From Alteromonadaceae bacterium (GTDB lineage Bacteria; Pseudomonadota; Gammaproteobacteria; Enterobacterales; Alteromonadaceae): 64,000 bases of DNA. Shown here in pieces: positions 1-10,329 of the stretch (position 1 is the first letter of the stretch; every line of letters begins with the position of its first letter). The notes below the pieces were generated by a model that saw nothing but the letters and a program-made list of their open reading frames with translations, ran no database searches and was not told the DNA's origin. The stretch is taken from the NCBI GenBank assembly GCA_015487235.1, contig WFQC01000152.1, positions 47,751 through 111,750 of the forward strand. The letters run 5' to 3'. Made by a program: the position numbers and the translations under genes.

Positions 1-371
1 CCACGAACCGTAATTGGGCGTGTAATCTCACCAGACAACATAATTTTTGCTGATACGATATTACGACTTACTAGGTTTGCATCTTTAAGTGCAAAAAGGT
101 CTACAACATCACCTTTAATCAGGTTTAACTCATGTAAACGAACTTCAGCGCGAACTAAAGATTTACGCGAGGTAAAACCAAACTTAGGTAAACGTTGTTT
201 CAATGGCATTTGACCACCTTCAAAACCCGGGCGAACACTACCGCCAGAACGAGACTTCTGACCTTTGTGACCGCGACCACCTGTTTTGCCGAGACCAGAA
301 CCAATACCACGTCCACAACGCTTCTTAGCTTTTTTAGCACCGGGTGCAGGAGATAAAGTATTTAAATGCAT
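1..371 (-). CDS. rplO: 50S ribosomal protein L15 (3' end cut by window edge)
   Basis: Minus-strand translation from the ATG at 369-371 reads [44 protein letters not shown]..., the conserved L15 N-terminus. It lies directly downstream of rpmD, as in spc operons. Confidence 0.95.
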   Translation of the reverse strand, partial: MHLNTLSPAPGAKKAKKRCGRGIGSGLGKTGGRGHKGQKSRSGGSVRPGFEGGQMPLKQRLPKFGFTSRKSLVRAEVRLHELNLIKGDVVDLFALKDANLVSRNIVSAKIMLSGEITRPITVR

Positions 372-373
372 TA

Positions 374-559
374 TTAATCCTCCACCTTAACCATATAATA
401 AACCTTGTTAATCATACCACGTACAGACGGAGTATCTTCTAACTCTACTGTATGGTTGATACGACGTAAGCCAAGGCCTTTTAATGTAGCTCTATGCTTC
501 GGTAAACGACCGATAGAGCTCTTAATTTGAGTTACTTTAACTGTTTTAGCCATGCTCAA
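374..559 (-). CDS. rpmD: 50S ribosomal protein L30
   Basis: 61-aa [34 protein letters not shown]... lying between rpsE and rplO. Confidence 0.97.
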   Translation of the reverse strand: MSMAKTVKVTQIKSSIGRLPKHRATLKGLGLRRINHTVELEDTPSVRGMINKVYYMVKVED

Positions 560-1069
560 TTACCCCAAAATTTCAGCAACGCTTTTGCCACGCTTAGCTG
601 CAACTGCTTCAGGCGAATTCATATTCGTTAAAGCAGAAATAGTAGCGCGAACTACGTTGATTGGGTTAGTAGAACCGTATGCCTTAGACAATACGTTCTG
701 AACGCCTGCAACTTCAAGTACTGCACGCATCGCGCCACCGGCGATGATACCTGTACCTTCAGAAGCTGGTTGCATGTAAACCTTAGAACCAGAATGACGA
801 CCCTTAATTGGGTGTTGAAGTGTTGTACCCTTCAAGTCAATCGTTACTAAGTTACGGCGAGCCTTTTCCATTGCTTTTTGGATTGCAGCAGGCACTTCAC
901 GTGCTTTACCATAACCAAAACCAACGCGGCCATTACCATCACCAACCACTGTTAGTGCAGTAAAACTGAAAATACGACCACCTTTAACCACTTTAGATAC
1001 GCGGTTTACGGCAATCAACTTCTCAGCTAAATCACTTTGTTGTGTATTTTCTACATTAGCCATCATCAA
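560..1069 (-). CDS. rpsE: 30S ribosomal protein S5
   Basis: 169-aa ORF containing [49 protein letters not shown]. There are three consecutive ATGs, so the exact start is uncertain. Confidence 0.97.
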   Translation of the reverse strand: MMMANVENTQQSDLAEKLIAVNRVSKVVKGGRIFSFTALTVVGDGNGRVGFGYGKAREVPAAIQKAMEKARRNLVTIDLKGTTLQHPIKGRHSGSKVYMQPASEGTGIIAGGAMRAVLEVAGVQNVLSKAYGSTNPINVVRATISALTNMNSPEAVAAKRGKSVAEILG

Positions 1070-1072
1070 CTC

Positions 1073-1426
1073 CTAGAACTGAAGGCCAGCTTCACGAGCT
1101 GCTTCTGCTAACGCTTTAACACGACCATGGTAAAGGAAACCAGAGCGGTCAAAAGCTACTTTAGTAACACCCTTAGCTACCGCTTTTTCAGCAATAGCTT
1201 TGCCCACAGCAGTAGCTGCAGCAATGTTACCTGTTTTTTCCAATTCAGCGCGTAATTCTTTATCTAAAGTAGATACTGCACAGATCACTTCAGAACCTGA
1301 AGCAGCAATTACTTGCGCATAAATATGGCGAGGAGTACGGTTAATAACTAAACGGGTCGCACCCAACTCGCTAATTTTTGCACGAGCGCGTTTAGCGCGG
1401 CGCAAACGAGATGTTTTCTTATCCAT
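1073..1426 (-). CDS. rplR: 50S ribosomal protein L18
   Basis: 117-aa ORF with [16 protein letters not shown]. Position fits spc operon order. Confidence 0.97.
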   Translation of the reverse strand: MDKKTSRLRRAKRARAKISELGATRLVINRTPRHIYAQVIAASGSEVICAVSTLDKELRAELEKTGNIAAATAVGKAIAEKAVAKGVTKVAFDRSGFLYHGRVKALAEAAREAGLQF

Positions 1427-1435
1427 AGTATTACC

Positions 1436-1969
1436 CTACTTCTTCTTAGCTTCTTTACGACGAACATTTTCATCAGCATAACGAATACCTTTACCTTTAT
1501 ACGGCTCAGGCTTGCGATATTCACGAATGTTCGCAGCGGTTTGACCAACTAAATGTTTATCGGCACCTTTCAATACCACTTCAGTTTGGCTTGGTGTTTC
1601 CACAGTAATTCCTTCAGGAATTTCATGGTTGATTGGGTGTGAGAAGCCTAAAGTTAGGTTTAATACTTTACCTTGAGCTTTTGCACGGTAACCAACACCG
1701 TTTAACACTAATTTCTTTTCAAAGCCTTTACTCACACCATTAATCATATTATTGATTAATGCACGTGCAGTACCAGCTTGCGCCCATGCGGTTTTGTGAT
1801 CATTTGCAACTGTTGTTGTAATTACGTTGTCTTCAATAGAAACCGTAACTAAATCATTAATTGTAAAAGACAATTCACCTAATGGACCTTTAACTTTAAA
1901 ATCCTGACCTGATAACGTAACTTCAACGCCAGCAGGAATTTGGACTGGTGCTTTTGCAACACGAGACAT
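1436..1969 (-). CDS. rplF: 50S ribosomal protein L6
   Basis: 177-aa [20 protein letters not shown]... Position fits spc operon order. Confidence 0.97.
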   Translation of the reverse strand: MSRVAKAPVQIPAGVEVTLSGQDFKVKGPLGELSFTINDLVTVSIEDNVITTTVANDHKTAWAQAGTARALINNMINGVSKGFEKKLVLNGVGYRAKAQGKVLNLTLGFSHPINHEIPEGITVETPSQTEVVLKGADKHLVGQTAANIREYRKPEPYKGKGIRYADENVRRKEAKKK

Positions 1970-1980
1970 ATTTCTGCTCC

Positions 1981-2376
1981 TTAAGCTACGTGACCAATGA
2001 TTTCACCGCCAAGACCCGCATTGCGAGCGGCGCGATCAGTCATTAAACCTTTAGAAGTTGAGACAATCGCAATACCTAAGCCTGCTTGTACTTTAGGTAG
2101 TTCATCACGACCTTTATATACACGTAAACCTGGACGTGAAACACGTTTGATTGTTTCTATTACTTCTTTACCTTCGAAATACTTCAATTCAACCGTTAAC
2201 TGAGGCTTAGCATCAGTTGATACGCTGAAATCTGTAATATAACCTTCTTCTTTAAGCAAGTTAGCAATTGCTACTTTTAACTTAGAAGATGGCATTGTTA
2301 CTGCAGTTTTTGCTGCAGATTGACCGTTGCGAATGCGTGTGAACATATCCGCGATAGGATCAGTCATCATAACCAT
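1981..2376 (-). CDS. rpsH: 30S ribosomal protein S8
   Basis: 131-aa ORF with [16 protein letters not shown] and C-terminal [11 protein letters not shown]. The start within MVMM is ambiguous. Confidence 0.97.
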   Translation of the reverse strand: MVMMTDPIADMFTRIRNGQSAAKTAVTMPSSKLKVAIANLLKEEGYITDFSVSTDAKPQLTVELKYFEGKEVIETIKRVSRPGLRVYKGRDELPKVQAGLGIAIVSTSKGLMTDRAARNAGLGGEIIGHVA

Positions 2377-2389
2377 TTACTCCCGTGAA

Positions 2390-2695
2390 TTACCAACTAG
2401 CTTTCTTAAGACCTGGAACTTCACCACGCATTGTTGCTTCACGCAACTTAATACGGCTTAAACCGAATTTACGTAAGTAACCATGTGGACGACCAGTAAC
2501 ATTACAACGGTTACGTTGACGTGAGCTACTTGAATCACGTGGTAAACTTTGAAGTTTCAATACCGCATCCCAACGCTCTTCTTCAGAAGAGTTTACATTT
2601 GAGATGATTTCTTTTAGTGCGCGACGCTTTTCAGCATATTTTGCAACTAGTTTGGTTCGTTTTGCTTCACGAGCCTTCATTGATGATTTAGCCAT
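2390..2695 (-). CDS. rpsN: 30S ribosomal protein S14
   Basis: The track ORF runs to 2770, but S14 homology begins at [13 protein letters not shown] (ATG 2693-2695). That gives 101 aa ending [11 protein letters not shown]. The upstream extension would overlap rplE. Confidence 0.95.
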   Translation of the reverse strand: MAKSSMKAREAKRTKLVAKYAEKRRALKEIISNVNSSEEERWDAVLKLQSLPRDSSSSRQRNRCNVTGRPHGYLRKFGLSRIKLREATMRGEVPGLKKASW

Positions 2696-2699
2696 AACT

Positions 2700-3245
2700 C
2701 TATACCTTCTTCTTAAACGGGAAGTTAAAGGCAGCAAGCAAAGCATGACCTTCTTCATCAGATTTCGCACTGGTAGTAATAGTTATATCCATACCACGAA
2801 TTTTATCGATTTTATCATAATCGATTTCAGGAAAAATGATTTGCTCACGTACACCCATACTGTAATTACCACGACCATCGAACGATTTAGGGTTCAAGCC
2901 ACGGAAGTCACGGATACGAGGAATAGAAATTGAGATTAAACGCTCTAAAAATTCCCACATACGCTCACCGCGTAGTGTTACTTTTGCGCCAATCGGGTAG
3001 CCTTCACGAATCTTAAAGCCTGCAACTGATTTGCGCGCTTTAGTGATCATCGGCTTTTGACCTGAGATTGCAGTAAGATCATTCGTGGCGTGCTCTAATA
3101 CTTTTTTATCAGTAATCGCTTCACCAACACCCATGTTAAGGGTGATCTTTTCAATCCGAGGGACTTGCATGACACTGTTATAACCGAACTGTTTTGTTAG
3201 TTCAGCAATAACTGTATCTTTGTAAAAATCATGCAGTTTCGCCAT
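2700..3245 (-). CDS. rplE: 50S ribosomal protein L5
   Basis: 181-aa [13 protein letters not shown]...[19 protein letters not shown], collinear with E. coli L5. Confidence 0.97.
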   Translation of the reverse strand: MAKLHDFYKDTVIAELTKQFGYNSVMQVPRIEKITLNMGVGEAITDKKVLEHATNDLTAISGQKPMITKARKSVAGFKIREGYPIGAKVTLRGERMWEFLERLISISIPRIRDFRGLNPKSFDGRGNYSMGVREQIIFPEIDYDKIDKIRGMDITITTSAKSDEEGHALLAAFNFPFKKKV

Positions 3246-3257
3246 CGTTTACTCCAA

Positions 3258-3572
3258 CTAAACTAATTCATTATTTGATTTGAAAAAACGTACTTTTTTA
3301 CCGTCTTCAAATCGAAATCCAACACGATCAGCCTTGCCTGTAGCAGGGTTTAAAATCGCAACGTTAGATACATCAATAGGTGCTTCTTTTTCAATGATGC
3401 CACCAGCTTGCTGTAACTGAGGTACAGGTTTTTGGTGTTTCTTGACTAAGTTAACGCCTTCTACAAATACTTTGCCTTTAGCAACAAGAACTTTAGTGAC
3501 TTTACCAGTCTTACCCTTGTCTTTGCCAGCTAGTACAATTACTTCATCATCACGACGAATCTTAGATGCCAT
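3258..3572 (-). CDS. rplX: 50S ribosomal protein L24
   Basis: 104-aa [28 protein letters not shown] (KOW motif). Confidence 0.97.
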   Translation of the reverse strand: MASKIRRDDEVIVLAGKDKGKTGKVTKVLVAKGKVFVEGVNLVKKHQKPVPQLQQAGGIIEKEAPIDVSNVAILNPATGKADRVGFRFEDGKKVRFFKSNNELV

Positions 3573-3584
3573 TATTGTGACTCC

Positions 3585-3953
3585 TTATAGTACTTCTGGT
3601 GCAAGTGAAACGATTTTCATGAACTTTTCAGTACGCAGTTCACGTGTCACAGGACCGAAGATACGAGTTCCAATTGGTTGTAAATTTGCATTTAAAATTA
3701 CAGCCGCATTGCCGTCAAAGCGAATGGTTGAGCCATCCGGGCGACGAACACCCTTTTTAGTGCGCACCACTACCGCGTTCATAACATCACCTTTTTTTAC
3801 TTTGCCGCGAGGAATGGCTTCCTTCACTGCAACTTTGATGATGTCACCTATGCGTGCGTAGCGACGGTGCGAGCCACCAAGGACCTTTATACACTGTACA
3901 CGTCGAGCGCCGCTATTATCAGCAACGTCAAGCTGTGATTGCATTTGGATCAT
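3585..3953 (-). CDS. rplN: 50S ribosomal protein L14
   Basis: 122-aa [31 protein letters not shown]. First gene of the spc operon. Confidence 0.97.
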   Translation of the reverse strand: MIQMQSQLDVADNSGARRVQCIKVLGGSHRRYARIGDIIKVAVKEAIPRGKVKKGDVMNAVVVRTKKGVRRPDGSTIRFDGNAAVILNANLQPIGTRIFGPVTRELRTEKFMKIVSLAPEVL

Positions 3954-4102
3954 TGTTTTGCTCCATTTTATTCTTTTTTATAAAAACTTATAAAAAATCA
4001 TAATTACTATTTAAAATTCAAGGCCAGAAATTAACCCGTCACTGCCTTATTAATCCCGTTTTTAGACGCTAAAAAACAACATCCAAATTAAGCGGGCGCG
4101 AG

Positions 4103-4111
4103 ATTATAACA
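4103..4111 (-). promoter_or_regulatory. Candidate extended -10 promoter of the spc operon
   Basis: The minus strand reads TGTTATAAT (TGnTATAAT extended -10), about 150 nt upstream of the rplN ATG. No good -35 element is visible. Confidence 0.45.
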
Positions 4112-4182
4112 CCAGTTAACAAAAAGTGGTACTTTAATTTAGCTAAAAAATAAACAGAGTGTGAAAAAAATCTGACCACTAA

Positions 4183-4217
4183 CAAAAAAGCCTCACTATT
4201 TACATAGCAAGGCTTTT
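4183..4217 (-). terminator. Hairpin plus U-run downstream of rpsQ (S10 operon end)
   Basis: Minus-strand RNA reads AAAAGCCUUGCUAUGUAAAUAGUGAGGCUUUUUUGUU. The stem AAAAGCCU/AGGCUUUU is followed by a U-run and starts about 30 nt after the rpsQ stop. Confidence 0.5.
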
Positions 4218-4248
4218 AATCTAGGTAACTTCGTTTATATCAAAGCAA

Positions 4249-4497
4249 TTAAGCTTTAGTTACTACGTCAACTAATGTCCAAGACTTGGTCTTAGAAATT
4301 GGTGCGCATTCACGAATTGTTACGATATCACCTTCATTACACTGGTTAGTTTCATCATGTGCTTTCAACTTAGTTGAGCGAGTCATGAACTTTCCGTAAA
4401 TTGGGTGTTTTACACGGCGCTCGATCAGGACAGTAATAGACTTATCCATTTTGTCACTGACAACACGACCTTGTAGTGTACGAATTTTATCGCTCAT
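4249..4497 (-). CDS. rpsQ: 30S ribosomal protein S17
   Basis: 82-aa ORF with [30 protein letters not shown]. Confidence 0.97.
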   Translation of the reverse strand: MSDKIRTLQGRVVSDKMDKSITVLIERRVKHPIYGKFMTRSTKLKAHDETNQCNEGDIVTIRECAPISKTKSWTLVDVVTKA

Positions 4498-4688
4498 TAC
4501 TTACCAGCCTTTTCAGTTATGATAGTCTTAACGCGCGCAATATTGCGGCGTACCGTTCTAAGCAAGTGTGTTTGAGCTAGCTGACCAGTGCTTGCTTGCA
4601 TGCGATAGTTAAACTGTTCGCGCAATAAGTCTAGTAATTCAGCATTAAGCTCTTCAATGCTTTTTTCTCTCAGTTCGCTAGCTTTCAT
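4497..4688 (-). CDS. rpmC: 50S ribosomal protein L29
   Basis: 63-aa [34 protein letters not shown]. Confidence 0.97.
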   Translation of the reverse strand: MKASELREKSIEELNAELLDLLREQFNYRMQASTGQLAQTHLLRTVRRNIARVKTIITEKAGK

Positions 4689-5101
4689 TACATCACCGTC
4701 CGAGTTACGAAGGTTGTTTTAAACGGAAGTTTAGCTGCCGCTAAAGCAAATGCTTCACGGGCCAATTCTTCTGAAACACCTTCCATTTCATATAAAACAC
4801 GACCAGGAAGAATTTGACAAACCCAATATTCTACTGAACCTTTACCTTTACCCATACGAACCTCAAGAGGCTTTTTAGTAATAGGCTTGTCAGGGAATAC
4901 ACGGATCCAAATTTTACCTTGACGCTTAACGTGGCGAGTCATTGCTCGACGAGCGGCTTCGATTTGACGTGCTGTCATACGACCACGTTCAACCGATTTT
5001 AAGCCGAAAGTACCGAAGCTAACTGTGCTACCTGTGTGTGAAAGACCACGGTTGCGCAGTTTCATTTGCTTACGGAATTTAGTACGTTTTGGTTGTAACA
5101 T
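4688..5101 (-). CDS. rplP: 50S ribosomal protein L16
   Basis: 137-aa [17 protein letters not shown]... Confidence 0.97.
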   Translation of the reverse strand: MLQPKRTKFRKQMKLRNRGLSHTGSTVSFGTFGLKSVERGRMTARQIEAARRAMTRHVKRQGKIWIRVFPDKPITKKPLEVRMGKGKGSVEYWVCQILPGRVLYEMEGVSEELAREAFALAAAKLPFKTTFVTRTVM

Positions 5102-5112
5102 TACTTATTCCT

Positions 5113-5811
5113 CTACTTACTGCCTTTGCCTTTGCCTTTTCTTCTAGGCTTAGGCGCTGGTTGTTCTGCCTGTAACGGCATATTACCAATCACTTCACCT
5201 TTGAAGATCCAGACTTTGATACCAATTACACCATAAGTTGTGTTACCACGAGCAATAGCATAATCAATATCAGCACGTAAGGTATGTAACGGTACACGAC
5301 CTTCACGATACCACTCAGCGCGAGCAATTTCAGCTCCGCCTAAACGACCACTTACTTGTACCTTGATACCTTTTGCGCCTAAACGCATAGCATTTTGTAC
5401 AGCACGTTTCATCGCACGACGGAACATTACGCGGCGTTCTAACTGGCTAGCAATACTGTCTGCTACAAGTTGTGCATCCATTTCTGGCTTGCGAACTTCA
5501 GCAATATTGATTTGCGCAGGAACACCCGCAATTTTAGATACTTGTAAGCGTAATTTTTCTACGTCTTCGCCTTTCTTACCAATAACAACGCCTGGACGGG
5601 CGGTATGGATAGTAACACGAATACTTTTCGCAGGTCGTTCGATAACGATCTTCGACAATGAAGCACGTTTAAGCTTTTCAGATAAAAATTCACGAACTAA
5701 ATGATCGCCTTTTAAGTTATCTGCATAGTCTTTGCTACTTGCAAACCAAGTAGATGCGAAAGGTTTCGTGATACCTAAGCGAATACCAGTAGGATGGACT
5801 TTTTGACCCAT
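5113..5811 (-). CDS. rpsC: 30S ribosomal protein S3
   Basis: 232-aa [17 protein letters not shown]... with a basic C-terminal tail. Confidence 0.97.
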   Translation of the reverse strand: MGQKVHPTGIRLGITKPFASTWFASSKDYADNLKGDHLVREFLSEKLKRASLSKIVIERPAKSIRVTIHTARPGVVIGKKGEDVEKLRLQVSKIAGVPAQINIAEVRKPEMDAQLVADSIASQLERRVMFRRAMKRAVQNAMRLGAKGIKVQVSGRLGGAEIARAEWYREGRVPLHTLRADIDYAIARGNTTYGVIGIKVWIFKGEVIGNMPLQAEQPAPKPRRKGKGKGSK

Positions 5812-5822
5812 TCTAATATCTC

Positions 5823-6155
5823 CTAGTTATCAGACACAATCACAGTAATGTGACTTGTGCGCTTCAATATACGATCCGCGCGACCTTTCGCACGAGGCTT
5901 AATGCGTTTCATTGTTGGACCATCGTCAACCATAATAGTTTTAACGTATAATTCATCAATGTCTGCACCTTCGTTATGCTCAGCATTAGCAATAGCAGAG
6001 TTCAATACTTTCTTAACTAATACGGCAGCAGATTTGTTGCTGTATGTTAAAATTTCTAAAGCTTTCTCTACATTTAAGCCGCGGATTTGATCCACAACCA
6101 AGCGTGCTTTTTGAGCAGAACCGCGGGCAAATTTATGTTTAGCGATTGCTTCCAT
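5823..6155 (-). CDS. rplV: 50S ribosomal protein L22
   Basis: 110-aa ORF with [17 protein letters not shown]. Confidence 0.97.
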   Translation of the reverse strand: MEAIAKHKFARGSAQKARLVVDQIRGLNVEKALEILTYSNKSAAVLVKKVLNSAIANAEHNEGADIDELYVKTIMVDDGPTMKRIKPRAKGRADRILKRTSHITVIVSDN

Positions 6156-6166
6156 CTAATTTCCCC

Positions 6167-6460
<294 letters not shown>

Positions 6461-6473
6461 TTAATGAGTACTA

Positions 6474-7298
6474 TTATTTAGTACGACGACGTACGATGAA
6501 TTTATCGGTACGCTTGTTCTTACGAGTTTTATAACCCTTAGTTGGTACACCCCAAGGTGATACCGGATGACGACCGCCTGAAGTTTTACCTTCACCACCA
6601 CCGTGTGGATGGTCAACTGGGTTCATAGCAACACCACGAACAGTTGGACGAACACCACGCCAGCGCTTAGCACCAGCTTTACCTAAGTTGCGAAGCATGT
6701 GTTCAGCGTTACCGATTTCACCTAATGTAGCGCGACAATCAGCTTCAACTTTGCGCATTTCGCCAGAGCGAAGACGTAAAGTTACGTAAGCACCATCTTT
6801 AGCAACTAATTGAGCATAAGCACCAGCAGCACGTGCAAGTTGTGCACCTTTACCTGGCTTTAACTCAATAGCATGAATAACACTACCTAAAGGTATATTA
6901 CGTAATGGTAAAGCATTACCTGCTTTGATCGGTGCATCTACACCAGACTGGATAGTATCTCCAGCTGATACGCCTTTTGGCGCTAAGATGTAACGACGCT
7001 CACCATCTGCATATAACACTAATGCAATGTTAGCACTACGGTTTGGATCATATTCCAAACGTTCTACTTTTGCAGGAATACCGTCTTTAGTACGTTTAAA
7101 GTCAATAATGCGGTAGTGTTGTTTATGTCCACCACCTACATGACGTACCGTAATACGACCCGTATTGTTACGACCACCAGACTTAGATTTAGTATCAAGT
7201 AGTGGAGCGTAAGGCTTACCTTTGTGTAACTCTGGGTTAACCACTTTAACGACGTGACGACGACCCGGAGAAGTAGGTTTACATTTTACAATAGCCAT
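6474..7298 (-). CDS. rplB: 50S ribosomal protein L2
   Basis: 274-aa [22 protein letters not shown]... Confidence 0.97.
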   Translation of the reverse strand: MAIVKCKPTSPGRRHVVKVVNPELHKGKPYAPLLDTKSKSGGRNNTGRITVRHVGGGHKQHYRIIDFKRTKDGIPAKVERLEYDPNRSANIALVLYADGERRYILAPKGVSAGDTIQSGVDAPIKAGNALPLRNIPLGSVIHAIELKPGKGAQLARAAGAYAQLVAKDGAYVTLRLRSGEMRKVEADCRATLGEIGNAEHMLRNLGKAGAKRWRGVRPTVRGVAMNPVDHPHGGGEGKTSGGRHPVSPWGVPTKGYKTRKNKRTDKFIVRRRTK

Positions 7299-7310
7299 TC
7301 TCTAACTCTC

Positions 7311-7613
7311 CTATGCTTCTGCGCCGACGAAGTCGATATCGCTACCTTCTTTAAGAGTAACGTAAGCTTTCTTCCAGTCGCTACGACGACCAAAACGAGC
7401 ACCTGTACGCTTTGTTTTACCCTTAACATTTAGTGTACGAACACCGGTTACTTCAACGTCGAAAAGTTTTTCAACTGCTGCTTTAATTTCAGCTTTATTT
7501 GCATTGGTCGCTACTTTGAAAACAACAGTGTTGTTTGCTTCAGCAGAGATGGTTGCTTTTTCAGAAATGTTCGGTGCCAAAAGCACTTTCAACAAACGTT
7601 CTTCGCTTATCAT
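7311..7613 (-). CDS. rplW: 50S ribosomal protein L23
   Basis: 100-aa ORF lying between rplD and rplB. Confidence 0.95.
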   Translation of the reverse strand: MISEERLLKVLLAPNISEKATISAEANNTVVFKVATNANKAEIKAAVEKLFDVEVTGVRTLNVKGKTKRTGARFGRRSDWKKAYVTLKEGSDIDFVGAEA

Positions 7614-8218
7614 GCTAACATCTCCTCAATTTGCTTCACTGCGTCAGCAGTAACCAATACTTTTTCGAAACCGACTAAGCTAACAGGATCAATACCTGCT
7701 ACGTCACGAACATCAACTTTATACAAGTTGCGAGCAGACAAGAATAAATTCTCATCAACTTCTTTCGTTACAATTAAAACATCTTTTAAATCAAGATCTT
7801 TTAATTTAGCTACTAATTCTTTAGTTTTTGGTGTTTCAACAGAAAAATTGTTAACAACGACTAAGCGTTCTTGACGAACTAACTCAGATAAAATGCTGCG
7901 GATTGCACCACGATACATTTTACGGTTAACTTTTTGGCTGTGATCTTGCGGTTTAGCAGCGAATGTTACGCCACCTGAACGCCAGATTGGACCACGAGTT
8001 GTACCAGCACGTGCACGGCCAGTACCTTTTTGACGCCATGGCTTCTTGCCACCGCCGCTAACTTCTGAACGAGTTTTTTGAGCGCGAGTACCTTGACGAG
8101 CACCAGCTGCATAAGCAACTACTACTTGGTGTACTAAAGCTTCATTAAACTCACGTCCAAAGGTTGCTTCGGAAACTTCAAGAGCGCCTGACGCGTCTTT
8201 TAATGCTAATTCCATCAC
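7610..8218 (-). CDS. rplD: 50S ribosomal protein L4
   Basis: 202-aa [16 protein letters not shown]...[27 protein letters not shown]. It overlaps rplW by 4 nt. The second ATG may be the true start. Confidence 0.97.
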   Translation of the reverse strand: MMELALKDASGALEVSEATFGREFNEALVHQVVVAYAAGARQGTRAQKTRSEVSGGGKKPWRQKGTGRARAGTTRGPIWRSGGVTFAAKPQDHSQKVNRKMYRGAIRSILSELVRQERLVVVNNFSVETPKTKELVAKLKDLDLKDVLIVTKEVDENLFLSARNLYKVDVRDVAGIDPVSLVGFEKVLVTADAVKQIEEMLA

Positions 8219-8233
8219 AAATCTCCTTAGACG

Positions 8234-8872
8234 TTAGGCTTTAACAGCTGGTTTAATGATGACATCGCCGTTAACAGCACCCGGAACTGCACCTTTAATA
8301 AGAAGCAAGTTACGTTCAGCATCAACACGAATCAATTCAAGGTTTTGCGTAGTTACTTTTGCAGCACCCATGTGACCAGACATTTTTTTACCTTTGAAAA
8401 CGCGACCTGGTGTTTGACACTGGCCGATCGAACCGTTTGAACGGTGAGAGATCGAGTTACCATGTGTTGCATCTTGCATGCTAAAGTTCCAGCGTTTAAT
8501 ACCGCCTTGGAAACCTTTACCTTTAGATGTACCAGTTACGTCTACTAATTTAGTGTCTTTGAAAAGCTCAACAGTAATTTCACTGCCAGCCTCTAGACCT
8601 TCACCTTCACCCGCACCTAAGCGGAATTCCCACAAGCCACGGCCTGCTTCGATACCTGCTTTTGCAAAGTGACCAGCGGTTGGTTTGTTAACACGGTTAG
8701 CTTTTTTGCTGCCCGTAGTAACTTGAAGCGCTGAATAACCATCGTTATCTACAGTTTTAACCTGAGCAACGCGGTTGGCTTCAACTTCAAGGACTGTTAC
8801 TGGAACAGAAACGCCATCTTCAGTGAAGATACGAGTCATGCCCACTTTACGTCCAACTAGACCTATAGTCAT
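8234..8872 (-). CDS. rplC: 50S ribosomal protein L3
   Basis: 212-aa [23 protein letters not shown]... Confidence 0.97.
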   Translation of the reverse strand: MTIGLVGRKVGMTRIFTEDGVSVPVTVLEVEANRVAQVKTVDNDGYSALQVTTGSKKANRVNKPTAGHFAKAGIEAGRGLWEFRLGAGEGEGLEAGSEITVELFKDTKLVDVTGTSKGKGFQGGIKRWNFSMQDATHGNSISHRSNGSIGQCQTPGRVFKGKKMSGHMGAAKVTTQNLELIRVDAERNLLLIKGAVPGAVNGDVIIKPAVKA

Positions 8873-8887
8873 GGTTAAAACCCCCTA

Positions 8888-9273
<386 letters not shown>

Positions 9274-9384
9274 TATCGCTTATTAACAGTCAACTCCCTA
9301 TCGGAGTTGTTGTAGTAAGTTAGTTACGTAATAAATAACTAATCTTTTATTCTCACGCAGGACAAAGCCCAAACGTGGACGCGT

Positions 9385-9412
9385 ATTATACAGATTTTAA
9401 GCACTGGTGCAA
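9385..9412 (-). promoter_or_regulatory. Sigma70-type promoter of the S10 operon
   Basis: The minus strand reads TTGCAC-16 nt-TATAAT (-35 at 9407-9412, -10 at 9385-9390). This gives a leader of about 180 nt. Confidence 0.7.
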
Positions 9413-9433
9413 GCATGTTTTGTAGTCAAAATG

Positions 9434-10087
9434 CTAATCGATTTTTTGAAAAAAATCTTGGAGGTAATTCATAACCAGTATTCTCGCTTCTTCTTTATAA
9501 GCGGGCTTTAATTCACCATGCACATTGAGACAGCGAATATAGACACCTTTCATAACTTCAATACAAAGTGATAGTTTTTCAGGTAGTTGCTCTAAATCAG
9601 ACTTTTTATAAAGCAAGGCAAATTTTTCAGCATACCAAAGACCAAATCGAGTTAAACGTTGCGCACTTAATTCTCTCACCCCGGGTGCTAAATAAATACC
9701 CAGAAAAAGTATTTCACTGATCTTATCTTTATTATAAAAGTCATAAGCGCCATCAACCAATATGGTTGCTAAGTCTCGCCAACTGCGAATGCTCGTATTT
9801 TCAATGGTTTCATTAACCAAATCGAAAGCTTTCACGAAATGCATTTCTGCCATGGTGGAAAACAGCGCTCCCATAGAAGGAAAATACTGATAAACAGACG
9901 CAGGGGGTATTTGCGCGCGCTTGGCAATTTTATGAGGACTTATTTCATCAATACCATCAGCTAAGACCATTTCTTCTGCGATAGCGAGTATTTTATTGAA
10001 ACGCAGCTTACTTCGCGTTTGCACGGGAATTTTTGCCGCGTATCTCACATCTATTTCTTGCATCGTTATTTCTTGCATAATATTCAT
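9434..10087 (-). CDS. TetR/AcrR-family transcriptional regulator
   Basis: The track ORF is 239 aa from a TTG at 10153. The TetR-type HTH is ISPHKIAKRAQIPPASVYQYFPSMGALF. The likely start is one of the ATGs at 10087, 10078 or 10063. It is divergent from the TonB-dependent receptor gene. Confidence 0.85.
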   Translation of the reverse strand: MNIMQEITMQEIDVRYAAKIPVQTRSKLRFNKILAIAEEMVLADGIDEISPHKIAKRAQIPPASVYQYFPSMGALFSTMAEMHFVKAFDLVNETIENTSIRSWRDLATILVDGAYDFYNKDKISEILFLGIYLAPGVRELSAQRLTRFGLWYAEKFALLYKKSDLEQLPEKLSLCIEVMKGVYIRCLNVHGELKPAYKEEARILVMNYLQDFFQKID

Positions 10088-10193
10088 CTTCACTAATGAT
10101 ACCAATGACATTGGTATGATGTTAATCCCTTTCACTAATAAACGCAGTAGCAATCACAGCAACAGATCGTCAGGCGTATTTTTTTGATTATTT

Positions 10194-10216
10194 TTTCAAC
10201 AAAATACTTGTTGAAA
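10194..10216. promoter_or_regulatory. Perfect 9-5-9 inverted repeat, candidate TetR operator
   Basis: TTTCAACAA-AATAC-TTGTTGAAA lies in the 176-bp divergent intergenic region between the TetR gene and the receptor gene. Confidence 0.5.
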
Positions 10217-10329
10217 TGCAAAACATGATATATGTTACGTTTTAAACAAAATAATATGCCAAAAAAAACATTTAAGCTAGGATACTAATTAAAATAATAA
10301 AATTACTTTAAAAATCAAAGGGGAAGGTT

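Noticed and set aside
2696-2770. N-terminal extension of the rpsN ORF. Similar extensions occur on tesB (49725-49799), kbl (54985-55026) and the hydrolase gene (54090-54134).
   Set aside because: Homology to the known proteins starts at internal ATGs with better ribosome-binding spacing. The extensions overlap upstream genes or have no counterpart.
10154-10329. Searched for a Fur box or a cobalamin/other riboswitch upstream of the TonB-dependent receptor.
   Set aside because: There is no GATAATGATAATCATTATC-like sequence and no GC-rich structured leader. Only the TetR-type palindrome stands out.
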